Shown here piece after piece: positions 1-10,300 of a stretch of 64,000 nt of DNA. The notes under the pieces are model-generated. The model was not told where the DNA came from, ran no database searches, and worked only from the letters and a program-made list of their open reading frames with translations. The position numbers were made by a program, and so were the translations under genes. The first letter of the stretch is position 1. Every line of letters starts with the position of its first letter. The DNA is from an uncultured virus (IMG/VR IMGVR_UViG_3300036770_002758) (lineage: Duplodnaviria; Heunggongvirae; Uroviricota; Caudoviricetes): IMG/VR virus record IMGVR_UViG_3300036770_002758. One strand, 5' to 3'.

Positions 1-135
1 AAGTATTGCCGCGTTTTGGTGGAAGGACACGAGGTAGAAATTAAGGGCGGCTACATTTATGAGGTGCGCCCATGAGCATAGTGCCGATAGAATTGGCTGC
101 TATTTGGTGCTGCACTTGCCAAAAGGAGGTGTGAA

Positions 136-378
136 ATGAACGACATAGGCTTGGCACAGCGCGAGAAATTCTGGAACGAGCGCGACACAGAGGAAAAGCT
201 GGACGCACTGCGAGATCAGGTGCAGCAGTTGACATACCAGCTTGGGCAAGTGTGCGGGATAGTGGAGACGCTATTACACCACAGTCACGCGGATGGAAAG
301 ATCGTTGCGCCGATTGAGCGCCGAGAAAGAACCGAAACATACATTCCCTACGCGCTGAGGTTTAACCATGACAAATGA
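136..378 (+). CDS. hypothetical phage protein
   Basis: 80-aa ORF with AGGAGG RBS upstream; overlaps the next gene. Confidence 0.7.
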   Translation: MNDIGLAQREKFWNERDTEEKLDALRDQVQQLTYQLGQVCGIVETLLHHSHADGKIVAPIERRERTETYIPYALRFNHDK

Positions 379-706
379 TCCGATATTTATAACGCAGGTT
401 GAGCTTGCCAGCCGGTGGAGAATCAGCGAAGCGACACTGGAGCGCGATCGTTCGCTCAAGAAGGGCGTTCGGTACATGAAACTTGGCGGGGCGATCCGCT
501 ATCGCTTAGAAGATGTGATTGCGTACGAGGACTCGCGCACGCACGAGACTGAGGTTAGCGGCAGGCGCAAGCAGACCGGACTGACGCTTAAAGAAGTAGA
601 GGACATCATCAAGTCCAACGTCACCATCACCGACCAAATGTTATACGAGGCTGTCTACGCAGTGGCCGTGGGCATCGAACATGCTGTGCTGGAGAAAAAC
701 AAATGA
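368..706 (+). CDS. excisionase/MerR-like HTH DNA-binding protein
   Basis: N-terminus FITQVELASRWRISEATLERDR...GVRYMKLGGAIRYRLEDV matches the excisionase-type winged HTH pattern. Confidence 0.75.
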   Translation: MTNDPIFITQVELASRWRISEATLERDRSLKKGVRYMKLGGAIRYRLEDVIAYEDSRTHETEVSGRRKQTGLTLKEVEDIIKSNVTITDQMLYEAVYAVAVGIEHAVLEKNK

Positions 707-981
707 TCCGTGACGACATTCAAACGGAGGGCAATAACGTGCGTGACATACTGGCTGAGATGTACGGTGAGGAGCTGATTTTCGCAGACGGGTTTGATGG
801 CGCGATCATTGGCGTCGGAGAGCGCAACAGCGACACCTTCGTGGTATATGACCTGAAGAAGGTGTTCGCCATCCTGGAGTCGGAAGGCATGTCGTCAGAC
901 GAAGCCCGTGAGCATTTTGAGTTCAACATCCTCGGCGCGTACGTCGGCGAGCACACCCCCGCGTTTGTGACTCTCGTATGA
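703..981 (+). CDS. conserved hypothetical phage protein
   Basis: ADGFDGAIIG...VVYD...EAREHFEFNILGAYVGEHTP motif common in phage proteins; ATGA overlaps on both sides. Confidence 0.75.
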   Translation: MIRDDIQTEGNNVRDILAEMYGEELIFADGFDGAIIGVGERNSDTFVVYDLKKVFAILESEGMSSDEAREHFEFNILGAYVGEHTPAFVTLV

Positions 982-2987
982 AATCACTTCACGTTGACAT
1001 TGAAACCTTCAGCGACGTCGACCTGAAAAAGTGCGGCGTGGCCAAGTACGCAGAGTCCCCGTTGTTCCAGGTGCTGTTGTTCGGCTACTGCGTGGACGAC
1101 GGCCCGGAACAGGTGGTCGACCTGGCCAGTGGCGAGGAGATCCCGGGTGAGATCCTGGTGGCGCTGTTTGATCACAACGTCCGCAAGAAAGCATTCAACG
1201 CGCAATTCGAGATGACGTGCCTCCGCAAGCACTTTGGCGCCGACATGCCCCCCGAGCAGTGGGAATGCACCAGCGTGCATGCGCTGTACTTGGGCCTGCC
1301 GAACGACCTCGACAGTGTGTGCGGAGTGATCGGCGCGCCGAATGAATTCCGCAAGCAGAAGACCGGCCACGCGCTGATCCGCACGTTCTGTGTACCGTGC
1401 AAGCCGACGATCAAGAACGGAGGCCGCACGCGCAACTTGCCCCACCACGAGCCCGAGAAATGGGAGCTGTTCAAAAGCTATTGCGCGGCCGACGTTCGTG
1501 CGGAGCGGTACGTTGGCAGCCGCCTGGTTAAGTTCCCGGTGCCGGAGAAAGAGCGGCGCCTGTGGATCGTGGACCAGCACATGTTCCTTCGCGGCGTGGG
1601 CGTGGATATGGATCTGGTGGACGCGGCCATGTATTGCGACGAGACCGTCAAAGACAAGCTGACCCATGAGGCGGTGAGCCTCACCGGGCTGAGTAACCCC
1701 AACAGCGTGCAGCAGCTGATCGGCTGGCTGCAGGAAGAGATGGACGAGGAAGTCACGGACCTTCGCAAGAAGACCGTGCCGAAGCTACTCGAGTCCGCCA
1801 GCAGCAGCACCGTCGAGCGCGTGCTGAGGCTGCGCCAGGAGCTGTCGAAGAGCTCCGTGAAAAAGTACGAGGCGATGGCCCGCAGCGCTGGCGCCGACGG
1901 CCGCCTGCGCGGCGTGACGCAGTTCTACGGGGCGAACAGGACTGGTCGGTGGGCTGGGCGTATTGTGCAGCTGCAGAATCTCCCGCAGAACAAGCTGCCC
2001 GATCTCGAGCTCGCCCGCGAGCTGGTGAAGGCGCGCGACATCGACGCGATCGAGATGCTGTTCGGGTCGGTGCCGGACGTGTTATCACAGTTGATCCGCA
2101 CGGCGCTGGTTCCCGCGCCAGGCCGCCGGCTGTACGTGTCGGACTTCAGCGCCATCGAGGCTCGCGTGATCGCGTGGCTCGCCGGCTGCAAGTGGCGCCT
2201 CGACGTGTTCAACACGCACGGCGAGATTTACGAGGCGTCTGCGGAACAGATGTTCAAATTGCCGCGTGGTAGCGTGACCAAGAAAAGCCCTTACAGAGAG
2301 AAGGGTAAAATAGCAGAGCTTGCGCTTGGTTATCAGGGGGGAGTCAACGCCCTGATCACGATGGGCGCGCTCGACATGGGCATTCCGCAAGAGGGGCTGG
2401 AAGAAATCAAACGCGCCTGGCGCGCGGCCAACCCGGAGATCGTGAGGCTGTGGTACGCGGTCGAGACGGCCATGAAGGAAGCAATCGCGAGGGGCACCGA
2501 CATCGAGCTGAAGATCGCCGATGGCCGCAGCAAGCTGGTGTTTGGCTACGAGAAAAAGTTTCTGACGATCACGCTGCCCAGCGGGCGCAAGCTGTTCTAC
2601 GCCAAGGCTCGCCTCGAGCCAGAGGATCTGTACACGGAGAACGCCGCGGGTCAGCGATTCATGATCGCCGCCGAAGGGTCGGTGACGTACGAAGGCGTGG
2701 ACCAGAAGACGAAGCGCTGGTGCCGGATGTCGACCTACGGCGGCCGCGCGGTGGAGAACATCACGCAGGCCATCGCCCGAGACTGCCTGGCGGAGAGCAT
2801 GCTGGCTTTGGACTTCGCTGGCTTCTCCATGCTTTTCACCGTTCACGACGAGATCGTGGCGGAAGAAACCGAGGACCGACTGACTGAGATGGAGCAGATC
2901 ATGGGCCGCCCGATCAGCTGGGCGCCGGGTCTCCCGCTTCGGGCGGACGGATTTATAACTGACTGGTACCAAAAGGAGACCGACTGA
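978..2987 (+). CDS. polA: family A DNA polymerase (APSE/SPO2-like, Leu762 type)
   Basis: Exonuclease motifs DIET and AFNAQFE; RTGRWAG; motif A SDFSAIEARV; motif B KIAELALGYQGG; motif C TVHDEIV. Confidence 0.95.
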   Translation: MKSLHVDIETFSDVDLKKCGVAKYAESPLFQVLLFGYCVDDGPEQVVDLASGEEIPGEILVALFDHNVRKKAFNAQFEMTCLRKHFGADMPPEQWECTSVHALYLGLPNDLDSVCGVIGAPNEFRKQKTGHALIRTFCVPCKPTIKNGGRTRNLPHHEPEKWELFKSYCAADVRAERYVGSRLVKFPVPEKERRLWIVDQHMFLRGVGVDMDLVDAAMYCDETVKDKLTHEAVSLTGLSNPNSVQQLIGWLQEEMDEEVTDLRKKTVPKLLESASSSTVERVLRLRQELSKSSVKKYEAMARSAGADGRLRGVTQFYGANRTGRWAGRIVQLQNLPQNKLPDLELARELVKARDIDAIEMLFGSVPDVLSQLIRTALVPAPGRRLYVSDFSAIEARVIAWLAGCKWRLDVFNTHGEIYEASAEQMFKLPRGSVTKKSPYREKGKIAELALGYQGGVNALITMGALDMGIPQEGLEEIKRAWRAANPEIVRLWYAVETAMKEAIARGTDIELKIADGRSKLVFGYEKKFLTITLPSGRKLFYAKARLEPEDLYTENAAGQRFMIAAEGSVTYEGVDQKTKRWCRMSTYGGRAVENITQAIARDCLAESMLALDFAGFSMLFTVHDEIVAEETEDRLTEMEQIMGRPISWAPGLPLRADGFITDWYQKETD

Positions 2988-3259
2988 TGATCCACCCGCT
3001 GCAGGCCGTGTTTGACTCGGCCATCCAACAAGCGACCAAAGGCAAGGGCGAACGCCACGGGGGCGACAGCGTCCCGTTCATGGAGCAGCCGTGGGTCCAC
3101 TACGCCAAGATGCACGGCCGTGGATTCCTGACCGGCCAGGCCGCCAAGAAACTGGAAGAGGCGGCCAGCACGCGCACCGGTGAGGCGTTCAAACAGGAAG
3201 CGCTGGGCGCCATCGTGTACATGGCGATGGCTATTTTGCACGAGGAAAAAAACTCATGA
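2987..3259 (+). CDS. conserved hypothetical phage protein
   Basis: 90-aa ORF coupled to polA; GKGERH...PF.EQP...GQAAKK...EALGAIVY motif. Confidence 0.7.
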   Translation: MIHPLQAVFDSAIQQATKGKGERHGGDSVPFMEQPWVHYAKMHGRGFLTGQAAKKLEEAASTRTGEAFKQEALGAIVYMAMAILHEEKNS

Positions 3260-3498
3260 TGGCTTTTCACTTTCAGGCGGAGGGTGACAAGAGCACCGGC
3301 TGTGGCCGCGTCGGCGCAAAGTACACTACGAGCATTTTTACGGATGTCGATTGCGGTGTCTGCCGGCGGTCGGTGCTGTTCAAGCTCGCCAAGCGCCAAC
3401 AAGAATGCGGCGCGGTAACACTTGGCGACTACGCGTTGATCAGGTGTGAGCTCCCAAAAGGTCACGAGGGCGAGCACGCATACCAGGAGATAGAATGA
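3256..3498 (+). CDS. hypothetical Cys/His-rich protein
   Basis: 80-aa ORF with ATGA overlaps; CxxC and CELPKGHEGEH motifs. Confidence 0.6.
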   Translation: MMAFHFQAEGDKSTGCGRVGAKYTTSIFTDVDCGVCRRSVLFKLAKRQQECGAVTLGDYALIRCELPKGHEGEHAYQEIE

Positions 3499-3689
3499 AC
3501 GAGAAACTGCTGACACCCAAAGACCTGGCCGAGATCCTCCGCCTGTCACCCGAAACGGTGAAGGCGGACGCCCGCCGGAGCCCTGACAAATTGCCTCCCC
3601 GTTTCAAGCGGCCAGGGTCCAATCGGCTGCTCTGGAGGCAAGCCGATGTGGACGCTTGGATAGCGATTAACACGAGGAAAAAGTCATGA
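3495..3689 (+). CDS. AlpA/excisionase-like HTH protein
   Basis: LLTPKDLAEILRLSPETV...LPP...RLLWRQADVDAWI. Confidence 0.8.
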   Translation: MNEKLLTPKDLAEILRLSPETVKADARRSPDKLPPRFKRPGSNRLLWRQADVDAWIAINTRKKS

Positions 3690-4321
3690 GTTTTGTGTGC
3701 CCCCTGCCCCCCGTCAAGGTATTCGTTCGCGCGGAGTACCTGTACAACCACACGCGCGGCCATGGGCAATTCGTCGAAGGCGTCTGGTGCAGCGTGAAAT
3801 CTATCCGGGGCGAGGCGTTTCGGTTTGAGACGTACCTTCCCGAATACGCGGCCCTTTACGACAAGCTGCCGATCAGCGCCTTCGTAACCGACCCGGCGGC
3901 GGACGGGGAGCTGCCTTTGGACGTGTTGCAGATCTGGGACTGCCTCGGGTACCACGTTGAGGTAATAGAAAAGCCGCTCTTGGCCGGGCTGCGGGCTGAC
4001 GTCTTTTGCAAAGACAAGGTCATGCGACCTGGCATCTACATGTTCACGCTGGACGGCGCGCAACCTGACCCGCGCATTCCAGATTTTACGTTCAGCCAAT
4101 CCCCGGATGAGCACAAAAGCTACAACCTCATCCGGCTGGATTGCGGGCAATTCGCTTTACAACCAAACAACCGGTGCTTGTTTTACGACAACGCGTTGAG
4201 CCACGCCGAATCGAAAAAGCCGGACTTTGAAGTCTCTACGGTGAAGTACACAGTGGAAGACAAAAGCAAGTGGCTCCTAGGCGGAGCCACTGATTTTACC
4301 TATTCTCCAGTCGAGCGTTGA
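3686..4321 (+). CDS. conserved hypothetical phage protein
   Basis: 211-aa ORF with LPP...VRAEYLY...YDKLPISAF...EHKS.N...GQFALQPNNR motifs seen in aquatic phages; 3' end overlaps the giant gene convergently. Confidence 0.75.
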   Translation: MSFVCPLPPVKVFVRAEYLYNHTRGHGQFVEGVWCSVKSIRGEAFRFETYLPEYAALYDKLPISAFVTDPAADGELPLDVLQIWDCLGYHVEVIEKPLLAGLRADVFCKDKVMRPGIYMFTLDGAQPDPRIPDFTFSQSPDEHKSYNLIRLDCGQFALQPNNRCLFYDNALSHAESKKPDFEVSTVKYTVEDKSKWLLGGATDFTYSPVER

Positions 4322-7300
4322 ACCTCTCCATGCGGGCGGTGATCTGCTGTTCGATCGCCCGGATGGACTCCCTGGAAGCATCCCTCTCGAGCAGCTCCCG
4401 CTTCCGCCGGCGTAAGTTCTGCACCTGCCGATAGACGCGGTTGGCTTCCGGAGCCAGCCGTGCTTCCGGGTTCTCCCGCAGGTAGTCCCCGATCGGCCGG
4501 CCAGCTTCGCGCCTGCCAGTGATCTCGTTGTTGTGGATGTTCATCCGGCGGAGGTTCTCGTAGAACCGGCTCGACACCGCCGAGCTGCCAGTTGTGTCCC
4601 CGTACAACCGACCCACAAGCGGCACCTTGAAGGGAGGCAGCTCTTCGCCGGTCAGTGCGGAGCTGATCGTCTGCTCGATCTTCGACGCTTCGCGACCGAT
4701 GCCACCGCCGACCTGCCCGATCAGGTAATCGATCTGGTCCGGTGTCGGGCTGAACACGCCGGGGGCGAACTCCGTGCCACCGGTTGCGAGGTTCAGGTAG
4801 TACGACAATAACTTCGACCACACGCTGGCGGTGTCCTTCGCGCGGGTGTAGCCGGGCGTCGGATCCAGGCTGTTGAAATCCTCGCGGGCGATCGGCGTGC
4901 CGGTCCAGTCCCTGTTCTCAAACAGGGCGACGAGCGGGTCGGCCACCGTCGGGGCCGCGGTCTGCATGGAGATGCCGGCGCTGCCGATGGGGTTAAACAT
5001 CTCGAAGAATGCGGTCGCCATCTGGGCCACCCGCTGCGGCGTGCGCTCAAAGCCTGACAGCGCCCACTCGGTCAGGATCCGCGACGTGTTGGGGATCACG
5101 TTGAATCCCAACGGCATGGGGATGGTGATGTACTTGCCACCGCCGGTCGGGATGATGATGTTCCGCTCGCGAGTGAAATCCGGCGGCTCGTCCTCATCGA
5201 ATCCTGCGGCGGCCATCGCCAGCGCCTGCGCTGCGCCGAGCAGGAGCCCGCCGTACACGATCCTCTTCCCTGCCGGCCCGGTCAGGGTCTGCGCCAGGCG
5301 GGTGGTGCCCTGCACGCTGGCGTTGAAGAACGCGTACAGCGCGCCCATCTGCGTGGCGACCTGGCCCTTCTTGTTGAAGTTGACGGTCAGGTCTTTCGCC
5401 AGCACGGCGGCCCGCTCTTTGGACATGCCCTTGTCGAGGGCGGTCTTGTAGGCGGACAGGCGGACAGCGTTTTCCATCGCGGTGTTGTAGTCCGACAGCC
5501 ACTGGCCGACGGCCTTGCCGACCTTCTTCGCCGTGCCGTCGTTAAGCGCCTTCAGCTCATCGCGGAGCGCCTCGGCGCGTTCCTCGGACTGGCTGAACTG
5601 GCTGCGGTAACCGGTCTGACCGCCGACCTTCTGGAATTCTTTCCACAGCGTCGCCCACTGGCCGCCGGCGCCGGAGCGCAGATCGCCGTAGATGCCACGC
5701 AGAGCAGGCATCGTGCCGGCCAGGACAGCGCCCTGTTCGCCGGCCAGCTCAGTGCTGGACAGGTTCAGGAGGCCGCCCTGCACGTCGCGCATGAAGTTGA
5801 TGATGCCGAAGATCGGGTTGTACTGGGTGTTCACGCTGGCAAACCACCGCGTGCCCTTGGCGATCATGCTCATCGCCCGGCCAAGCTGATCGGCGTCGAG
5901 GTTCTTCATGGCCAGCGCCATACGCTCTGCGCGGGGATCCTGGCTGTTCAGGAGCAGGTACCGCTGCTGCCCGTTGACCCTCACGCCGATCGCCGTCTCA
6001 GCGTTCCTGAGGAGCGTGTTGACGCGGGTGGTTGCCAGCCCCGTGCGGGGGTCAACAACCGACTGCGTGGGCTCCTTGGCGATGTTCTGCGCGTCGAGCG
6101 GGTCCAGCCCCATGCTGGTCAGCTCTGCAGCCAGGATGGCTGGGTCTTTGCTGGCGGACGGATTGACCGGCAACCACAGTTGGCCGTCGGGATTCTGGAT
6201 CGCAAGCCCGTACATGGCCTGGCTGACCTTGTTCTTCTCCCCGCGGACGATTGCCTTCTCACGCTGCATGGCGATGTTGGCGAGGATGTCGACGACCTTC
6301 CGGTTGGCGGAGCCGGTCGCGCGCTTCGATGCGCTGCCGCGGACGTTGAATCCCTGCCCGATGCCGGACCCGGACGCAGGGTCGAAGTCCAGCTCTTCGC
6401 GCATGAGCGGCACGTACTTGCCGTACTTGTTCTGCCAGGTGTTCATCAGGCTCTGCGATTCCAGGCCGGTGTCGACCAGGATCTGACGGGTGCCAGCGTT
6501 GATCGCGTCCACCCGCTTGGCGAGGCCCTCGAGCATGGCACGACGTGCGGATGGCAGCGCGGCCAGGTACGCGCGGGCGTCTGCGGTGGGGATACCTGAC
6601 CCAGCGTCTGGCAGGGCGGGATTGATCTTGGCGATCTCCGCGTTGCGCTCTTCGGCGTGGCGGTTGTGCAGGTACTCGTCGAAGTCTTCGATGCTTACCT
6701 TGTTCCGGCCGAGGGCTTCGATGAGCGGCTTCAGCTCGTTGTTGGCGAAGTCCAGGGTCTGCTCTGCGGTGCGACCGTGGAACAGCTTCTCCTGCAGGTA
6801 GGGGTCCCACTTGTCAGCGATCGCGCCAGTTGCAGCGGTGATCTTTTCCACCACCCGCTTGGTGTCGACTAGCTTGTCCTGCAAGTAGTAGATGATCTCG
6901 TCCATCTTGGTGTCGGGCAGGCCGAGAGATCCGGCCGGCAGGGGATTACCGAAAATGTTCTGCGCGCGGCTGAACTGAACCTGCGGAGATATAGCAGAGC
7001 GAACCTGAGCCCGGTCAAAAATGCGGTACTCCAAAACGTCCATGGACTCGCCGTTGCCGATATGCACTGCGCCATCGTAGCCAGCCGCTTTCGCCTCGCT
7101 CACAAACATCGGGTCGTCGAGCAAACGGAACGCGTCAAGGTACAATTCGCCGAGGCGGCCAGGCGCGTCGCGAATGACATCCTGCACGGTGTCGAACTGG
7201 CTTGAAAAATTCTCGAGCCAATTGTCAGTGGCTTCAATTATGTCTGCGAATTTGACCGCCACCTTTTCAGTTACGTCTCGGCCCAGCTTGGCTTCAATTT

Positions 7301-10300
7301 CGGACAGGTCTGCAAAAGGATCGCTCGGGTTGTCGATCACCGGGTTGGTGATCCGCAGATACGCCGGAATGTTGTGCGGCGCTACGGCGGTCATGCGGAA
7401 ATCGTTGGGCTCTTCCGCGTATGTGCTGGCCACATCTGGGTCTTCGACGAACGTGATGCTCGGGAGCATGGTCTGCAGCTCGCCTTCGCCTCGGCCAAAC
7501 TGCCCGCGGTAGACTGCCTTTGGGCTGCCGTCCGGATTGGTGACGATGCTGTCACCGAACCAGCGCTTGAACTCGGGGGTCTGCGCGCGGCTGAACGCCG
7601 GCACGACCTTGTCGGGAGAGAACACGGCGATAGCCACATCGTTCTCGGTCTCGCGGAATCGAATGGCGTCGTAGCCGAGATCACGCACCTGCTGCATCAG
7701 GCCGACGTTGGGCTCGTCGAAGATTTCCCAGTCCATGTCCTGCGCCGGGTCGTAATCGGAGCGCTCGCCGTCAGTGGACTCGGTCCAGCCGCCGGACTCG
7801 TTGAACATCTGGATCGCTTGTTCGCGTTGCTGCGGGTTGTCGACGAAGTCGAACAGGTTGCGCACGTCGAGGAACACGCGCTGCACCTGGCCGCCGGTTC
7901 CAGTGGCGTACTGGTTTGCGTAGTCCGGCGTCTCGCTGAAAAAGATCGCGCCTGCGCGGCCAGGTTGCATGTCGGCTGAACGGGAACCGCGATACACCGG
8001 GTACTGGACCTGGCTATCCGCCGGGGCCTGTGCGCGGCTGAACGTGATGCGCGGATCTTCTGGGTTGAAAGAGCCTTGGTTATCTACCGACTTGATCTGC
8101 TCAGGAAACCACGCGACGACGTGCTTGCGGCCATTTGCAAAAGTCTGCACTACCCCGTCGTACCCCATGACTTCGTTCAGTGCTTTACGGAAAGCCGTGG
8201 CGTCACCGCGGAAAAAATCATTTTCCAGCGTGAGCAGGTTGACGTAGACCTCAGACACTTCAGCCAACTGTTGCTTGGTAAAAGGTTTACCGCGGTTGTC
8301 GATCCAGTTAGTTAGGGGGCTTTCTTCAGGATCGAAGATGTCAGGCGCCCGTTCCATGATACTGGCGGCTTGATCGCGCGTAACCTTTACGTGCGAAAGA
8401 TTGGGGCGCCCGTTCATCTGGATGGGGTTCTTGACGCTCAAGTACACCTGCAGCGTACCTGGGCTGCCGGCCCCTCCGGTCTTCGGCGTTCTGGCTTGCG
8501 CCGGCTGTTCGTATCCGCGAGCCTCTTCCGGATCATTGGTGAAATAAAAGCCGGATCCAAGCTGGTCGTTACCTTTGCCAGTAATAGCCGGGTCAAACCC
8601 AACGTCAAAAATGCTGTCGGTGTTGCCGGTGCCGTGGTACATGACCAGAGGGTTGCCGTCGGCGTCGACGATTACGCTGTCGCCGAACCAGCGCTTGAAC
8701 GCGGCGGTGTTTATCGGTTGCGCGCGGCTGAACCGGATATTGACCGGCTTGGCCTCCTGGTTCTTTATCGCGCCTTGGTCGGCGATGGTCAGCGTGTCGC
8801 CGTCGCGGGCGGAATTGTAGTCGACGAAGAACCCGCGGTGGCGCTTGGCAGCCGTTTCCGGTTTGCCGGTGCGATTTTTGTTAGTAAGACCGATGATCAT
8901 GCCGCGGTTCAGTTCGTTGCCGGGCTCACCGGGTTTCGGATCCAAGAAACGAGCGTCGTAGTTGTCGCCGTTCCACACCTGGAAGCGCTCCCCCGTTGCC
9001 GCGTCAATGATGTATTTCGGCATCTCGGTGCGGCTCGTGAACGCCATCGCTACGTTGTCGCCTTTGAGCATACGCTGAACCATGCGATCCCAGTTCGTGC
9101 CCGGGTTGACGATCACTTCGCCGTTTACAATCTGGCTTGCCCCAGTAGAGCTGTATGTCAGGTGGTGGTTCGGGGCTACCGTGTCCGTGCTCAACTTGGT
9201 GTAGTCGTAGAACATGACGTCGGGGAACGCCTTGATCAAAGGCTCCCAGATCTTGCCGGCAAAGTCGCTTGTGACGTTCAGGCGGATAGCCGGTTTCATG
9301 TCTTCCTTGAGCATCGCGCGACGGAAGCTATCAATTTCGGTGAAGAGTCGCACCGCAAATTCTTCCGGGCTCGCCACCATGGCTTCAGTTTTCAGGTACT
9401 GGGACAGCCTGGGGCCGGAACGGAATTGGCCTACGCCTCCGTACAGCCAGTTCTGACCACTGGTTTCGCCGAGGCAAAGGTCAAGGCACATCGCGCTCTG
9501 CGGGCACGATGTGAGCTTCTGCTTGTCGTTGATCTTCTGCGCGCTGGCCAAGCCGAGGCCAAGCGACGCCACGCTCTGGCCGTCGTAGGTAAGGCCGTAA
9601 TCACCAACGCGAGTCTTTTCCAGTTTGCCGTTCTCGCCAAGCAGCGTGCCGATGTTGTGGTTTTCACGAAGCACCGTGCGCGCTTCGGACGCCATGCGCC
9701 GGCGCTCACCGGGGCTTGCTGCCCGCATTTTGGTTACCGCATCGCCTATGCTCTTCTGAATGTCGGCGAGCGTGCGATCCGGGTGAAGACCTTTGTCGCG
9801 CGGCGCGTTCAAGGTGAAGAGCTTGGTCATCTTCGTCTTGAAGGTCTTGCCTTCAGCGATCGGCACGAAAAAATCCTTGCGGCCGTCAGCGTACTCTTGC
9901 AGCACATGGACTTGAGCGGGGTCGACCTGCACCAAGACATTTGCGCCCCCAAGGGGCTGCTTCAGAGCACCTGGCTGGGCCGCTACTTTGGGCGCGCTAG
10001 ACTCGTTGGTGAGGTAGATGCGCGTGCTGCGCTCCGTAGCGCCGCGCACAACCTTGTCACGGCGTACCTGCTTGGCGACGTCGTTGGTGGTAGGGAAATA
10101 CAGCGTCACGGTCCCGTTTTTGTTCATCGGGATTCCAAGCACCGGGTGGTTCCCGTAAGCGCCTTCCTGCTTGATCGAGAATTGCGGGTTGAGATCCAGC
10201 TCAAGCTGGCCCTGCGATACATAGGGAAGAATGCCGTACTTTTCCTGGAACTCTTTCGCCTTAACCACGTCTTCGGAGCTGGCGGCTAGATCATCAGGAC

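Noticed and set aside
6960..8733. FSRAQ repeats as a CRISPR array or DGR
   Set aside because: Repeats are 16 bp with 430-670 bp coding intervals; no cas genes, no reverse transcriptase and no adenine-specific TR/VR pair.
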